NCBI GenBank assembly: GCA_050506795.1
Contig: JBJHCF010000015.1
Location: 1 to 64,000, forward strand
DNA: 64,000 nucleotides
Direction of reading: 5' to 3'
Source: Opitutia bacterium
GTDB lineage: Bacteria; Verrucomicrobiota; Verrucomicrobiia; Opitutales; T3Sed10-336
Part shown: piece after piece, positions 53,498 to 62,604 of the stretch
How positions within the stretch are numbered: position 1 is the first letter of the stretch
Layout: each line of letters starts with the position of its first letter
Translations under genes and position numbers: made by a program
Notes under the pieces: model-generated
What the model saw: only the letters and a program-made list of their open reading frames with translations
Told to the model about the DNA's origin: nothing
The model's database searches: none

Positions 53498-55156
53498 TTA
53501 CGGCTCGCGTTCCAGGCGACCGCTTTCTTCGGGAATTTCGTGAAAGAGGGCGGAGACGTTCTGGGAGTAGTCAACCGGAAGATCGATCAGGTGAACGCCG
53601 CCCGCGGTGAAGGCTTTTTCGAGCGTGGGCGCGAGATCGGCGGTGGCGGCGATGCGGTGTCCGGCGGCGCCGTAGCTTTCGGCGTATTTGACGAAGTCCG
53701 GGTTGTTGAACTGGAGGCCGAAATCCTTGAATCCCATGTCGGCCTGCTTCCAGCGAATCATTCCGTAGGAGGCGTCGTTGAGAATGAGAACGACCAGGTC
53801 GAGCCCGAGGCGGACGGCGGTTTCCAGGTCCTGGGAATTCATCATGAAACCGCCGTCTCCCACTACGGCGAGAACCCGTCGGTCGGGGTGAACGAGTTTC
53901 GCCGCCATGGCGGAGGGGAGTCCGGCCCCCATGCTGGCGAGGGCGTTGTCCAGCAAAACGGTGTTGGGACGGCGGGCCATGTAGTTGCGAGCAAACCAAA
54001 TCTTGTAGATGCCGTTGTCGAGCGCGATGACGCCGTCGTCGGGCATGACGTCGCGCACCACTGAGACCAGATGCTGCGGGAGTACGGGAAAGCGGTCGTC
54101 GTCCATGTCGCGGCAAGTGTGTTCGCGCAGGGCGGAGGCGACTTTTTCGAAAAAGGAAAAGTCCCAGTGCGCCTGGGGTTCGAGGGCTTCGTTCAACTGC
54201 CAGATGCTGTTGGCGATGTCGCCGATCATCCCGGCCTGGGGGAAGTAAACCGAGTCGATCTCGGCAGACAGGAAATTGATGTGAATGACCTTGCGCGCGG
54301 CGTCGTTCATGAAAAAGGGCGGCTTTTCCACGACATCGTGTCCGACGTTAAGAATGAGATCGGCGGCGGCGAGGGCGCGGTGGGGGAAATCCTTGTCGGA
54401 GACGGCGCAGTTGCCGAGGAAGAGCGGATGGGTCTCGTCCACCACGCCTTTGCCCATTTGGGTGGTCACGAAGGGAATGCCCTGTTTGTCCACGAAAGCG
54501 CGCAGCATTTTCGCGGTCATTTTCCGGTTGGCGGCGGCTCCGATGAGGAGCACCGGTCGCTTGCTTTCGCGCAGCAGGGTGAGCGCGCGATCGAGCGCCT
54601 TCCCTTCGAGAATCGGACGCCGGGCTTGACTCAATTGAATCGGTTCGGCGGTGACCTCCTCACGGGCGATGTCCTCGGGCAGTTCAATGTGCACGGCGCC
54701 GGGGCGTTCCTCCTCGGCGAGCCGAAAGGCGTTGCGCACGCGTGCGGGGATGGCGGCGCCGCTGATGATCTGGCGCGTGTATTTGGTGATGGGCGTCATC
54801 ATGTCCACCACGTCGATGATCTGAAACTGGCCCTGCTTGCTCGTCTTGATCGGCTTCTGGCCGGTGATCATGAGCATGGGCATGGCACCGAGCTGGGCGT
54901 AGGCGGCGGCGGTGACCAGGTTCGTGGCGCCGGGCCCGAGGGTGGCGAGGCAAACGCCGGTTTTGCCGGTCAGGCGACCGTAGGTCGCGGCCATGAACCC
55001 GGCGGTCTGCTCGTGGCGCGTGAGGATGAGTTTGATCTTCGAGCCCGAAAGGGATTCCAGAAAATCGAGGTTTTCCTCTCCGGGAACGCCGAAGATGTAG
55101 TCCACGCCCTCGTTTTCGAGGCAGCGGATAAAGAGATCGGAGGCTTTTTCGGGCAT
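53498..55156 (-). CDS. ThDP-dependent acetolactate synthase-like enzyme (possible 2-oxoacid decarboxylase)
   Basis: GVPGEENL, RHEQ, TLGPGATN, GDGG...N ThDP motif; no small subunit gene nearby. Confidence 0.88.
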   Translation of the reverse strand: MPEKASDLFIRCLENEGVDYIFGVPGEENLDFLESLSGSKIKLILTRHEQTAGFMAATYGRLTGKTGVCLATLGPGATNLVTAAAYAQLGAMPMLMITGQKPIKTSKQGQFQIIDVVDMMTPITKYTRQIISGAAIPARVRNAFRLAEEERPGAVHIELPEDIAREEVTAEPIQLSQARRPILEGKALDRALTLLRESKRPVLLIGAAANRKMTAKMLRAFVDKQGIPFVTTQMGKGVVDETHPLFLGNCAVSDKDFPHRALAAADLILNVGHDVVEKPPFFMNDAARKVIHINFLSAEIDSVYFPQAGMIGDIANSIWQLNEALEPQAHWDFSFFEKVASALREHTCRDMDDDRFPVLPQHLVSVVRDVMPDDGVIALDNGIYKIWFARNYMARRPNTVLLDNALASMGAGLPSAMAAKLVHPDRRVLAVVGDGGFMMNSQDLETAVRLGLDLVVLILNDASYGMIRWKQADMGFKDFGLQFNNPDFVKYAESYGAAGHRIAATADLAPTLEKAFTAGGVHLIDLPVDYSQNVSALFHEIPEESGRLEREP

Positions 55157-55323
55157 GGTGGATTCGGTTTCGTGAATGGCTCGAGCATTGGGTGAAAGAA
55201 TCAAGGCACTCTATCATTAAACCCGTTCGAAGTCATGAGGAATGAAAGAACCTTATGGCCGCGGACTATCGCCCGATAAACCGGTTCAGGGACTTTTCAT
55301 TTGCTCCAATTAGAAGTCTTATT

Positions 55324-55358
55324 GTCAAAAATAAACTTTTGACGACTCAAAATAAAAA
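55324..55358. promoter_or_regulatory. Palindromic operator(s) upstream of porin
   Basis: TTTTGA-CGAC-TCAAAA (55337-55352), overlapping GTCAAAA-N6-TTTTGAC (55324-55343). Confidence 0.55.
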
Positions 55359-55374
55359 CTTTCAATATGGACGA

Positions 55375-56652
55375 ATGAGACCTATCGACGAAGATTCGGA
55401 AACCTTCCGGCGTTGTTTGAAACGCTCCATATGGCGAGTTTGTCGGCCGGCCTTACCGGCGGCTTTTTTTGCGGCATTGACGGCGCTGAATGCTTCGCCG
55501 GTCGGTGCGGAGACTGAAGACACCCGGTCCCGAGGGGCGGAGTCGGCCGGTTTCAATGAAGACGAAGTGCGCCGTGTGATGCGGGAGATTCTTGCCGAGG
55601 AAGGGATCGGGGTGGCGGGACTCGAGAACGGGCGATTTTTTATCCAGTCGGCCGATGGCAAGAACCGGCTGAACATCGGCGGACGCATTCAGCCGCGGTT
55701 CGAGTTCGAGCGGCGCGAGGGCGAGGATAACATCAGCCAAGCTCGATTCCGCCGGCTGAGGGTGGACTTTCGAGGGCATGTGATCGACGAGAACCTGACG
55801 TTCCGGATCATGCCGGAGTTGAGGGACAATGCCCGGCTGGATACGGCCTACGTGAATTACCGCTTCTCTGACGCCGTCCAGATACGGGTGGGTCAGTACA
55901 ACGTCCCGTTTGCCTGGGAACGGGACTCCTCCAGCAGTCGCCACCAGTTGACGGAGCGCTCGACCGCTCACAACGAATTCCAGTGGCCCGGAGGCGGCGG
56001 AAAGGACGTCGGCGCAACGCTCCATGGACGGCTCGCCGATGATGTGCGTTACGCGGCCGGCGTCTTCGGTGGAGGGGGGCGAAACCTCTCGGGCGAAAGC
56101 ACCGAAGGGATCATGGTGTCCGGTCGCGTCACCTGGTCGCCGCTTGGCGAATACCCGGGCAGCGAGGCGTTGGTCCAACCTGTCGAAGGAACCAACCTTT
56201 CTTTCGGCGCCGGCGCCTGGTACGCCAATCAAAGTGCCGTGCGCGACTGGTACCCGTGGGACGATGACGAGGATCAAACCGCCCACGCCTTCGCGAACAC
56301 CCTGGACGCACAGTGGCAGAAAGGGAGATTCTCCGCTTCCGCCGCCGTTTTCTTCCGTCAGGTGAATCCGCGGGAGGATGGTTTTTCCACCTTTGATGGC
56401 TTTGGATTCAACGTGCAGGGCGGATACCTGATTCTGCCCGAGCGCCTGTTCGGTGGGTTGCGGTACTCGCAGGCCGCCCCGGATGATACCGTGGACGAGG
56501 GGAAGACGCGCGAAGTGCTCGGCGGGATTCAGTTCTATCACAAAGGTCACCGCTCAAAAGTCCATCTGGAAGCGGGTTGGGCGCAGCGACACGACGCCGA
56601 CGACTGGCGCGACACCGAGGTCGTTCGAATGCAGTATCAATTGTTGTTTTGA
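55375..56652 (+). CDS. Outer-membrane porin, OprO/OprP-like
   Basis: IGGRIQPRF, FRRLR, LDTAYVNY, RVGQYNVPFAWE, alternating beta-strands, terminal F; start uncertain. Confidence 0.8.
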   Translation: MRPIDEDSETFRRCLKRSIWRVCRPALPAAFFAALTALNASPVGAETEDTRSRGAESAGFNEDEVRRVMREILAEEGIGVAGLENGRFFIQSADGKNRLNIGGRIQPRFEFERREGEDNISQARFRRLRVDFRGHVIDENLTFRIMPELRDNARLDTAYVNYRFSDAVQIRVGQYNVPFAWERDSSSSRHQLTERSTAHNEFQWPGGGGKDVGATLHGRLADDVRYAAGVFGGGGRNLSGESTEGIMVSGRVTWSPLGEYPGSEALVQPVEGTNLSFGAGAWYANQSAVRDWYPWDDDEDQTAHAFANTLDAQWQKGRFSASAAVFFRQVNPREDGFSTFDGFGFNVQGGYLILPERLFGGLRYSQAAPDDTVDEGKTREVLGGIQFYHKGHRSKVHLEAGWAQRHDADDWRDTEVVRMQYQLLF

Positions 56653-56671
56653 GGTGATCAGAAGCCCAAAA

Positions 56672-58645
56672 TCAGAACAAACTGAACGGGCATCCGGTTG
56701 GCGCCGGGACTGCTAAAATCGGGGGCGCCGGGCAGCCGAGGGCGGCGGCTACGGCGCGCAGGAGTTCGGCTTCCTCGGGAGAGACCGTTCCGTCGGATGC
56801 GGCGCAATGCACGGCGGCGTTGAGCACCCGGCGACGGATCCCGGGGCTGAGTTGATGCAGGACGCTGAATGCCCGGTGCAGGGCTTGCGGGGTGGCCGGC
56901 TTTTGCAACGGCTCTTTGTGAAACGTTGCCGGCAATTTGGATAAGGCGGCCTTCCAGGCGGTTTCGTTGTCCTTCCGTCCGGCGCGGGCCAGGGAGCCCA
57001 ACAGGATCGAAATTTCCTCCCAATGGCTTCCGATCGAGTAAATGCGTTTCTCCGTCCGTCGATCACAACCGAATTGCCGGTCGAAGTGCTCGGTGACGAT
57101 CTGAAAAATGCAGATCTGGTAAATCGTTCCACCCGTTTTCTCCAGGAGGATTTCCGCCCGTTGCCGGAAGACTTCGTAATCGCCTTTCTCTATTGAATGA
57201 AGCGCCGGGATGGCCAGTTCCACCAAGGCCAGACGAGATTTCCGGTCCAGCGACCCGCATGCCGGTGCGAGTTGGTTCGGATCCGGCCGGTGGTGTTCGT
57301 CCGGGAAGGGGACGGATAATTCATCCATCGAGAGACCCTCGCCGTCTTCGCCGTCCGCTCCAATCAGGAACAAGAGGACGGCGGCGGCGCCGTCGGGGGT
57401 GCGTACCGCTTCGCGCAGTCGTATTGGAATTCGCTCGAGAATCGCCCGGGAGCGCTCGAGTCGTGACGCCTCCAGTTGTCCGATGGCGGCGGTGATGGCT
57501 TGCGCCTGCACGCGGTCCAACACGGGTTTCGACGGAGGGGGCGGATCGGGCAGTTTGATGTCGGGTACCCGGATGATCTTCGACCGGCGAAGGGCGCGTT
57601 CGTCGAGGATCACCGGAAAACGACCGTCGAAAGTGGGATCCAGAATGCGGATACGTGCTTCCAGCGGAGGGTGGGTGGTGAGGATTCGGGCGAGCACGCC
57701 GTTGACGCCGTCCACGAAAAAAATGTGGCCGGCCTCTTCGGCGAACGGGTGTTCAATCCCTCCCCCGCGCGACCATCCTCCCACCTTAAGGAGGGCTCCC
57801 GCCAGACCCTGAGGGTTGCGGGTGAATTCGACCGCCGCCGCATCGGCGATCCATTCGCGCTGTCGTGAGATGGCGCACTGGACGAGGCGTCCGAACATAA
57901 ACCCGACATAGCCGATCGCCATGAGAACGGCTCCCAGGGCGGCGACGATCACGTTGCCGATAACGTTCGAGCCGCGTTGGGTCCAGTTTGACGCAATCGA
58001 TCCGCCTTCGTCGGGGATTATCGAGTGCACGGCCTCCACTCCCAGCTCATGCACGGCAAACAGGCCGTGCAGCAGGCAGATCATCCACAGATTCAACCGC
58101 ATGTCGCCGTTGAGGATGTGACTGAATTCATGGGCCACCACCGCTTGCAGTTCGGCGCGATTGAGGTTGTCGACGGCGCCGCGGGTCAAACCGATGATGG
58201 AATCTTCAATGGTGAAACCGGCCACCAGGGCGTTGATTCCGAGCTCGTTTTCGAAGATGTAGATTTCCGGCTTCGCGATGCCGGCCGCCACCGCCATTTC
58301 CTCGACCACATTGTGCAATTGTCTTTCTTTCAGGTTGCTCGCGGTTTCGGACAGACGCTTCCCCCGCAGAAGGCTCGCTACGGCCGGCCCGCCGTTCCTC
58401 AGCAGGAAATAGCGCCGGAGTACGGTCGCCGCGACGAATCCGCCGAATCCCAGACAGGTCCATCCGAAAATCTCCCAGTTCCAGAAGGGTTTGTCCCACG
58501 AGGCGAAAAGGGTTCCCCAGACATGGACGCAGATCGCCACCAGCGGATACAGCAACAGCGCCACCGCCAGAAACGTGACAAAGTAGATGATCAGAAAGAA
58601 CCGCAAGCGCCTCCGCGCTAAAATCTGGCGATCGAAGAAGTCCAT
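56672..58645 (-). CDS. M48 (HtpX-like) zinc metallopeptidase with TerB-like C-terminus
   Basis: MDFF..Q start, NVVEEMA, AHEFSH, SRQRE..ADA, THPPLEARI, C-terminal ASDGTVSPEEAELLR. Confidence 0.88.
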   Translation of the reverse strand: MDFFDRQILARRRLRFFLIIYFVTFLAVALLLYPLVAICVHVWGTLFASWDKPFWNWEIFGWTCLGFGGFVAATVLRRYFLLRNGGPAVASLLRGKRLSETASNLKERQLHNVVEEMAVAAGIAKPEIYIFENELGINALVAGFTIEDSIIGLTRGAVDNLNRAELQAVVAHEFSHILNGDMRLNLWMICLLHGLFAVHELGVEAVHSIIPDEGGSIASNWTQRGSNVIGNVIVAALGAVLMAIGYVGFMFGRLVQCAISRQREWIADAAAVEFTRNPQGLAGALLKVGGWSRGGGIEHPFAEEAGHIFFVDGVNGVLARILTTHPPLEARIRILDPTFDGRFPVILDERALRRSKIIRVPDIKLPDPPPPSKPVLDRVQAQAITAAIGQLEASRLERSRAILERIPIRLREAVRTPDGAAAVLLFLIGADGEDGEGLSMDELSVPFPDEHHRPDPNQLAPACGSLDRKSRLALVELAIPALHSIEKGDYEVFRQRAEILLEKTGGTIYQICIFQIVTEHFDRQFGCDRRTEKRIYSIGSHWEEISILLGSLARAGRKDNETAWKAALSKLPATFHKEPLQKPATPQALHRAFSVLHQLSPGIRRRVLNAAVHCAASDGTVSPEEAELLRAVAAALGCPAPPILAVPAPTGCPFSLF

Positions 58646-58662
58646 GGAAAGATGTAGGTGGG

Positions 58663-61092
58663 CTAGAAAGTGACGGTAACCTCCTCGTCGGTCCACGTGA
58701 CGCTCCGGCGCTCTCCATCGGGGATCAGTTCGATCTCGAATTCCCGGTCGTTATGGATTGGGGCGCTCCCGTCCGGAGCGGCGGGACGGAGGGTGAGTGT
58801 CAGTTCCGTGTCGTTCCACTCCATTCCGATCCAGGTTCCCTGTCCATTGAGGTATTCGAGGTTGACGCCGTCGTCGTCGTAGAGCGTAAACTCTCCATCG
58901 GCGCCTCGGAAAATCTTGAGGGTGATGGGTTCGTCCACCACCTGGCTCGAGTACTGGCGAATCGGGTCGATCGGAATGATCGCGCCTGCGCGGGCGTAAA
59001 GCGGCATGATCGTGAGATCAACCTCCCGGCTCACGGTTCGACCGCCCTTGATCGGTTCATGAGACCACCAGTCGTACCATAGGCCTTCGGGAAGGTAGAG
59101 CGCCCTGTTTTCAGCGCCCTGCTGATAGACCGGAGCCACAAGGATATCGCGTCCCCAGAGGTATTGGTCGCCGAGGGAGGTGGCATAATCGTCATTCGGA
59201 TAGTGAAGCCACATCGCGCGCATCAGCGGCAGCCCGGTCTCCCGGGCCTGCCAGGCGAGTGAATAGACGTAAGACTGAAGCTGGTACCGGAGTTCCGTGA
59301 ACTTTTTTGTGACCGGTTCGATTTCCGGGTTGTTCATTTCCGACTCCAGCGGCGGGGTGTTCGATTCGAGCGGTCCGCGCTCGATCAAGCCCCAGCCCCA
59401 TGGGAGCCGAGTCCACCAGGTCCGTCCGTGGCTGCGGAACGAAGGGGTGAATGCGGCGAATTGAAACCACCTCGCAAAAAGCTCTCCAGTCAGCTCCGTG
59501 GTGGGGTAAAAACCGCCGATATCAGACCCCCACCACGGTGAGAGGCTCAGGGAATGGTTCAAACCGACCGCTATTTGGCCTTCAAGCGTTTTCCAGGTGG
59601 AGGTGGTATCGCCCGACCAGATCCAGCCACCCCAACGGGCAATCCCGAGATGGCCATTCCGGTTGATGTTCCATGGCCGAACGTTCGGCGTGGTGGAGAT
59701 CGGGCCTTCGTAGTACATTTGGTGCCGCTTCATTCGCTCCCACAGGTTGAACCAATCCCCCTCATCGGGCCACCAGCCGTCGATGCCGTCATTGACCAGA
59801 TCGACATGTTCCTGCCAGTAGTTGTCAATGTGGGACGCGTCTAGAATTTCGCCGGGTTGGGGCGGAATGGTCCCCTGGAGAGTCGGCAGGCGATTACGGC
59901 TCCAGGGGATCATGTGCAGAATCACTTTCACGTTTCGCTCGTGCAAATCGGCGATTACGTCCCGCGGGTCCCGCTTAAAAACTTCGGGATTGTATTGATA
60001 GGACGGTTGGTTCTCATTCCAACCGCGGGGGGTGAAGCCGGTTCCGAGATAGATGACGGCATCCACCGGGATCTCTTTCTCGCGGAATGTATCCACGATA
60101 TCGATCATTTGATGCTCATCCTCCAGCGTGCGGTGCGACTGCATGTAGCCCAAAGCCCATTTCGGAGGCAGGACGGTCGGGCCGGTCAGTTCCGAGAGGT
60201 CCTTCATGAACCCGGCCGGATCGCCGGCGTCAAAAACGAAAAGATCATAAACTCCGGGGTACATCGTCTCGAGCGGAGGGATCCCCTGGCCCTCATCGCG
60301 ATGCTGCTGAGCCCGGTCCTGCACGGGGCTTGCGAGGCTGGTGCGATCCCTTGGGATGTAGAGCCCCTCGTTGATCGTCCGCTCCTCCACGTTGTCAAAC
60401 TCCAGGTCGATCCTACCCCAGGGAGTGGCGAACCAGAGGGCCCAGCCGTCCGTCCCGACCAGCAGTGGGACCGGATTTCGGGAACCGTAGGCGTTAGCCT
60501 GCCAGCGGGGGTGCATGTTGTGGAAACGTCCGCGCCGGTCGAATTCAATCGGTTCTTCACGCCAGTCGGAGCCGGGCTGCGGTCGCGGACCACCAGGGCC
60601 CATGCCGAGAACCGGCGCATCCTGCACCTGAAATCCGACTGTTCCGTTTTCCTTGAAAACGAGCCGTTGGATCGTTCTACCCTCCCCGTTTATAACAGTG
60701 ACGGTGAGCGGGTCGGGTTCCACCTCCACACGGAAACGCCCGACCTGGCTGGATACTCCGGAATCGAGATGCCGGATACTCAGTGCCGGGGTGGGGTAGT
60801 CCCGTTCGATCAGGGCGGGGGTGAAGGGAAATTCTTCTTCGAAATGAATCGGTTTCAGCGTGATCCGGACACTTTCGTGTCCCGCTTCGCGGATGTCGAG
60901 TTGAGCGGGCATGCCGTAGGAGCGAATTGGAGTTTGTGCCTCGATCGCCGAAGCGGTGAGGCCGGTCAGTGACACCGCACCCGCGATCACAAGACTCCGA
61001 ACCCAGCCGCGCCACCTGAGTCTGCCGGAAGGGGTTTCACCCTGATCGGAATGATTGTTCAAGGTGAAAGGGAGCCACAGGTAATCGATCAT
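58663..61092 (-). CDS. Secreted GH31 glycoside hydrolase (alpha-glucosidase/xylosidase-like)
   Basis: PPKWALGYMQS, IPVD, GIDGWWPD (nucleophile), WSGD (acid/base), SDIGGF, PLMRAM, QYLWG..ILVAPV. Confidence 0.9.
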   Translation of the reverse strand: MIDYLWLPFTLNNHSDQGETPSGRLRWRGWVRSLVIAGAVSLTGLTASAIEAQTPIRSYGMPAQLDIREAGHESVRITLKPIHFEEEFPFTPALIERDYPTPALSIRHLDSGVSSQVGRFRVEVEPDPLTVTVINGEGRTIQRLVFKENGTVGFQVQDAPVLGMGPGGPRPQPGSDWREEPIEFDRRGRFHNMHPRWQANAYGSRNPVPLLVGTDGWALWFATPWGRIDLEFDNVEERTINEGLYIPRDRTSLASPVQDRAQQHRDEGQGIPPLETMYPGVYDLFVFDAGDPAGFMKDLSELTGPTVLPPKWALGYMQSHRTLEDEHQMIDIVDTFREKEIPVDAVIYLGTGFTPRGWNENQPSYQYNPEVFKRDPRDVIADLHERNVKVILHMIPWSRNRLPTLQGTIPPQPGEILDASHIDNYWQEHVDLVNDGIDGWWPDEGDWFNLWERMKRHQMYYEGPISTTPNVRPWNINRNGHLGIARWGGWIWSGDTTSTWKTLEGQIAVGLNHSLSLSPWWGSDIGGFYPTTELTGELFARWFQFAAFTPSFRSHGRTWWTRLPWGWGLIERGPLESNTPPLESEMNNPEIEPVTKKFTELRYQLQSYVYSLAWQARETGLPLMRAMWLHYPNDDYATSLGDQYLWGRDILVAPVYQQGAENRALYLPEGLWYDWWSHEPIKGGRTVSREVDLTIMPLYARAGAIIPIDPIRQYSSQVVDEPITLKIFRGADGEFTLYDDDGVNLEYLNGQGTWIGMEWNDTELTLTLRPAAPDGSAPIHNDREFEIELIPDGERRSVTWTDEEVTVTF

Positions 61093-61356
61093 GGTATTCC
61101 CGGATTCGGTGCGGGGAAGCGGACCGCTTCAAGCAGAGCCCCTATGGGAAAATCCCCTGATTTGAGCAAAGTTTGATTAACCCGAAATAAGGTTGAATGC
61201 AATCAAACGGATCGGCCTGCCCGGGGGCAAGGTTGGAATTCGGTAATGTTGCCATTCCCGGGCATGCTTTGTTATGAAGAGTTGGAAACGGCCGGAGATT
61301 CTTTCGGATCTCAATCATCCCGACACGAGGTCTTTCGAGACCCCTCAATACGCACC

Positions 61357-61386
61357 TTGACGTGAAATCTGCCTGCATTTTAAAAT
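61357..61386 (+). promoter_or_regulatory. Sigma70-like promoter
   Basis: TTGACG-N18-TAAAAT ending 6 nt before ATG 61393. Confidence 0.55.
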
Positions 61387-61392
61387 GTCAAA

Positions 61393-62349
61393 ATGAGCTG
61401 TTATCCCGCCTCCTGGTTTCTTTGTGGTTTTTTGGTTTTCAGTAGCGTTGTCTCGGTCGGTCAACCGGCGATTGCCGCGGATAATCCGGAAAGGTGCGAG
61501 GGGCGGGGTATTGCTGGTGTCGGCGCAGTTGACGGGCAGGTGTTGGACCCGGAACAGCCGGCTCCGCGAGAGCTGGTATTGGAAACGTTTCGACAAATGT
61601 TGGCTCTGCCTCCGGAGGACCAGATCAACTGGGACAAAGCGGTGGAGGCGGGACGGATACCTCCGAACGTCCAGGTTTTGCACGAGTACCTTCGCGATCG
61701 GCCGCACGAGGACGTTTGGGACGCGGTGCCTCCGCCCGAAATGCGGGTCCTCCCAGACGGACGAGAGGTGGAGGTTTTTCCAGTGGAAGTTCTTGGTCCA
61801 AACCTGGGGGCGAACGTAACGCAGGAGGACCTGGACCGACTGCTGCCGGAATTGGCCGATGCTCATGAACGAATTGAGGCGTATTCGCGAACTCGATACG
61901 ATGACCCGGACCCCTGGAGTCGCGTTCGATTTGAGCCCGAGGATTTTGAAATCGCAATTGCGTACGAGGAGGAACAACCGGGGACGGAGAAGAAGGTGCT
62001 TACCCGGGGAGAGGCCGGCATGGAATATTTCGTGGAGCGAGACCGTCTGCTCGCCGGCCGACATGTCCATCGGGCATGGCAAGTCACGGATGACAGTGGT
62101 CGGGCCATTATGTACCTCGATTTTTCCGAGGAGGGTGCCGAAATTATAGCGCAAGCGACTCGCGAGGCGGTGGGAGGGTACCTTGCCCTGATGGTAAGAG
62201 GTGAGCTGCTATCCGTTCCGCGAATTCGCGCCGAGATCACAGGAGGCGAAGTGAGCATAACCGGTCTTGATCCCGAGACATTCCGGGCGATTATCGAGGA
62301 GGGCAAATCGCGTTTTCTGAACGAGAAAAGCGATCGCCAGGAACAGTGA
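61393..62349 (+). CDS. Secreted protein with C-terminal SecD P1-head-like domain
   Basis: Signal peptide; LAGRHVHRA.....SGRAIMYLDFSEEGA....ATREAVG..LALMV.GELLSVPRI...ITGGEVSITG; no TM domain. Confidence 0.7.
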   Translation: MSCYPASWFLCGFLVFSSVVSVGQPAIAADNPERCEGRGIAGVGAVDGQVLDPEQPAPRELVLETFRQMLALPPEDQINWDKAVEAGRIPPNVQVLHEYLRDRPHEDVWDAVPPPEMRVLPDGREVEVFPVEVLGPNLGANVTQEDLDRLLPELADAHERIEAYSRTRYDDPDPWSRVRFEPEDFEIAIAYEEEQPGTEKKVLTRGEAGMEYFVERDRLLAGRHVHRAWQVTDDSGRAIMYLDFSEEGAEIIAQATREAVGGYLALMVRGELLSVPRIRAEITGGEVSITGLDPETFRAIIEEGKSRFLNEKSDRQEQ

Positions 62350-62475
62350 AGGCTTATAGGTTGCTAAAGCGAGTGGTACTCGGTTAAGGCCGTTGATCGA
62401 AACAGCGCAGTCCTGCTTTGGCAAGTTCACCAAAAACCACGCCCGGTTTTAAAGCATTGCTGAACTGTGAAGGTT

Positions 62476-62539
62476 CTCACACGGAGGCACGGAGAGTTCA
62501 ATCGGACCCACCTCCGTGAGCTCCGTGGCTCCGTGTGAG
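62476..62539. repeat. REP-like palindromic element built of CACGGAG/CTCCGTG units
   Basis: CTCACACGGAGGCACGGAG (62476-62494) versus CTCCGTGGCTCCGTGTGAG (62521-62539), 18/19 complementary; extra CTCCGTGAG at 62512. Confidence 0.75.
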
Positions 62540-62604
62540 TCCAATTTCCGCTGTATTTTTTGCTTCATCAAACGATGAAACGCCTTAACCGAGTGCCATT
62601 CGGG

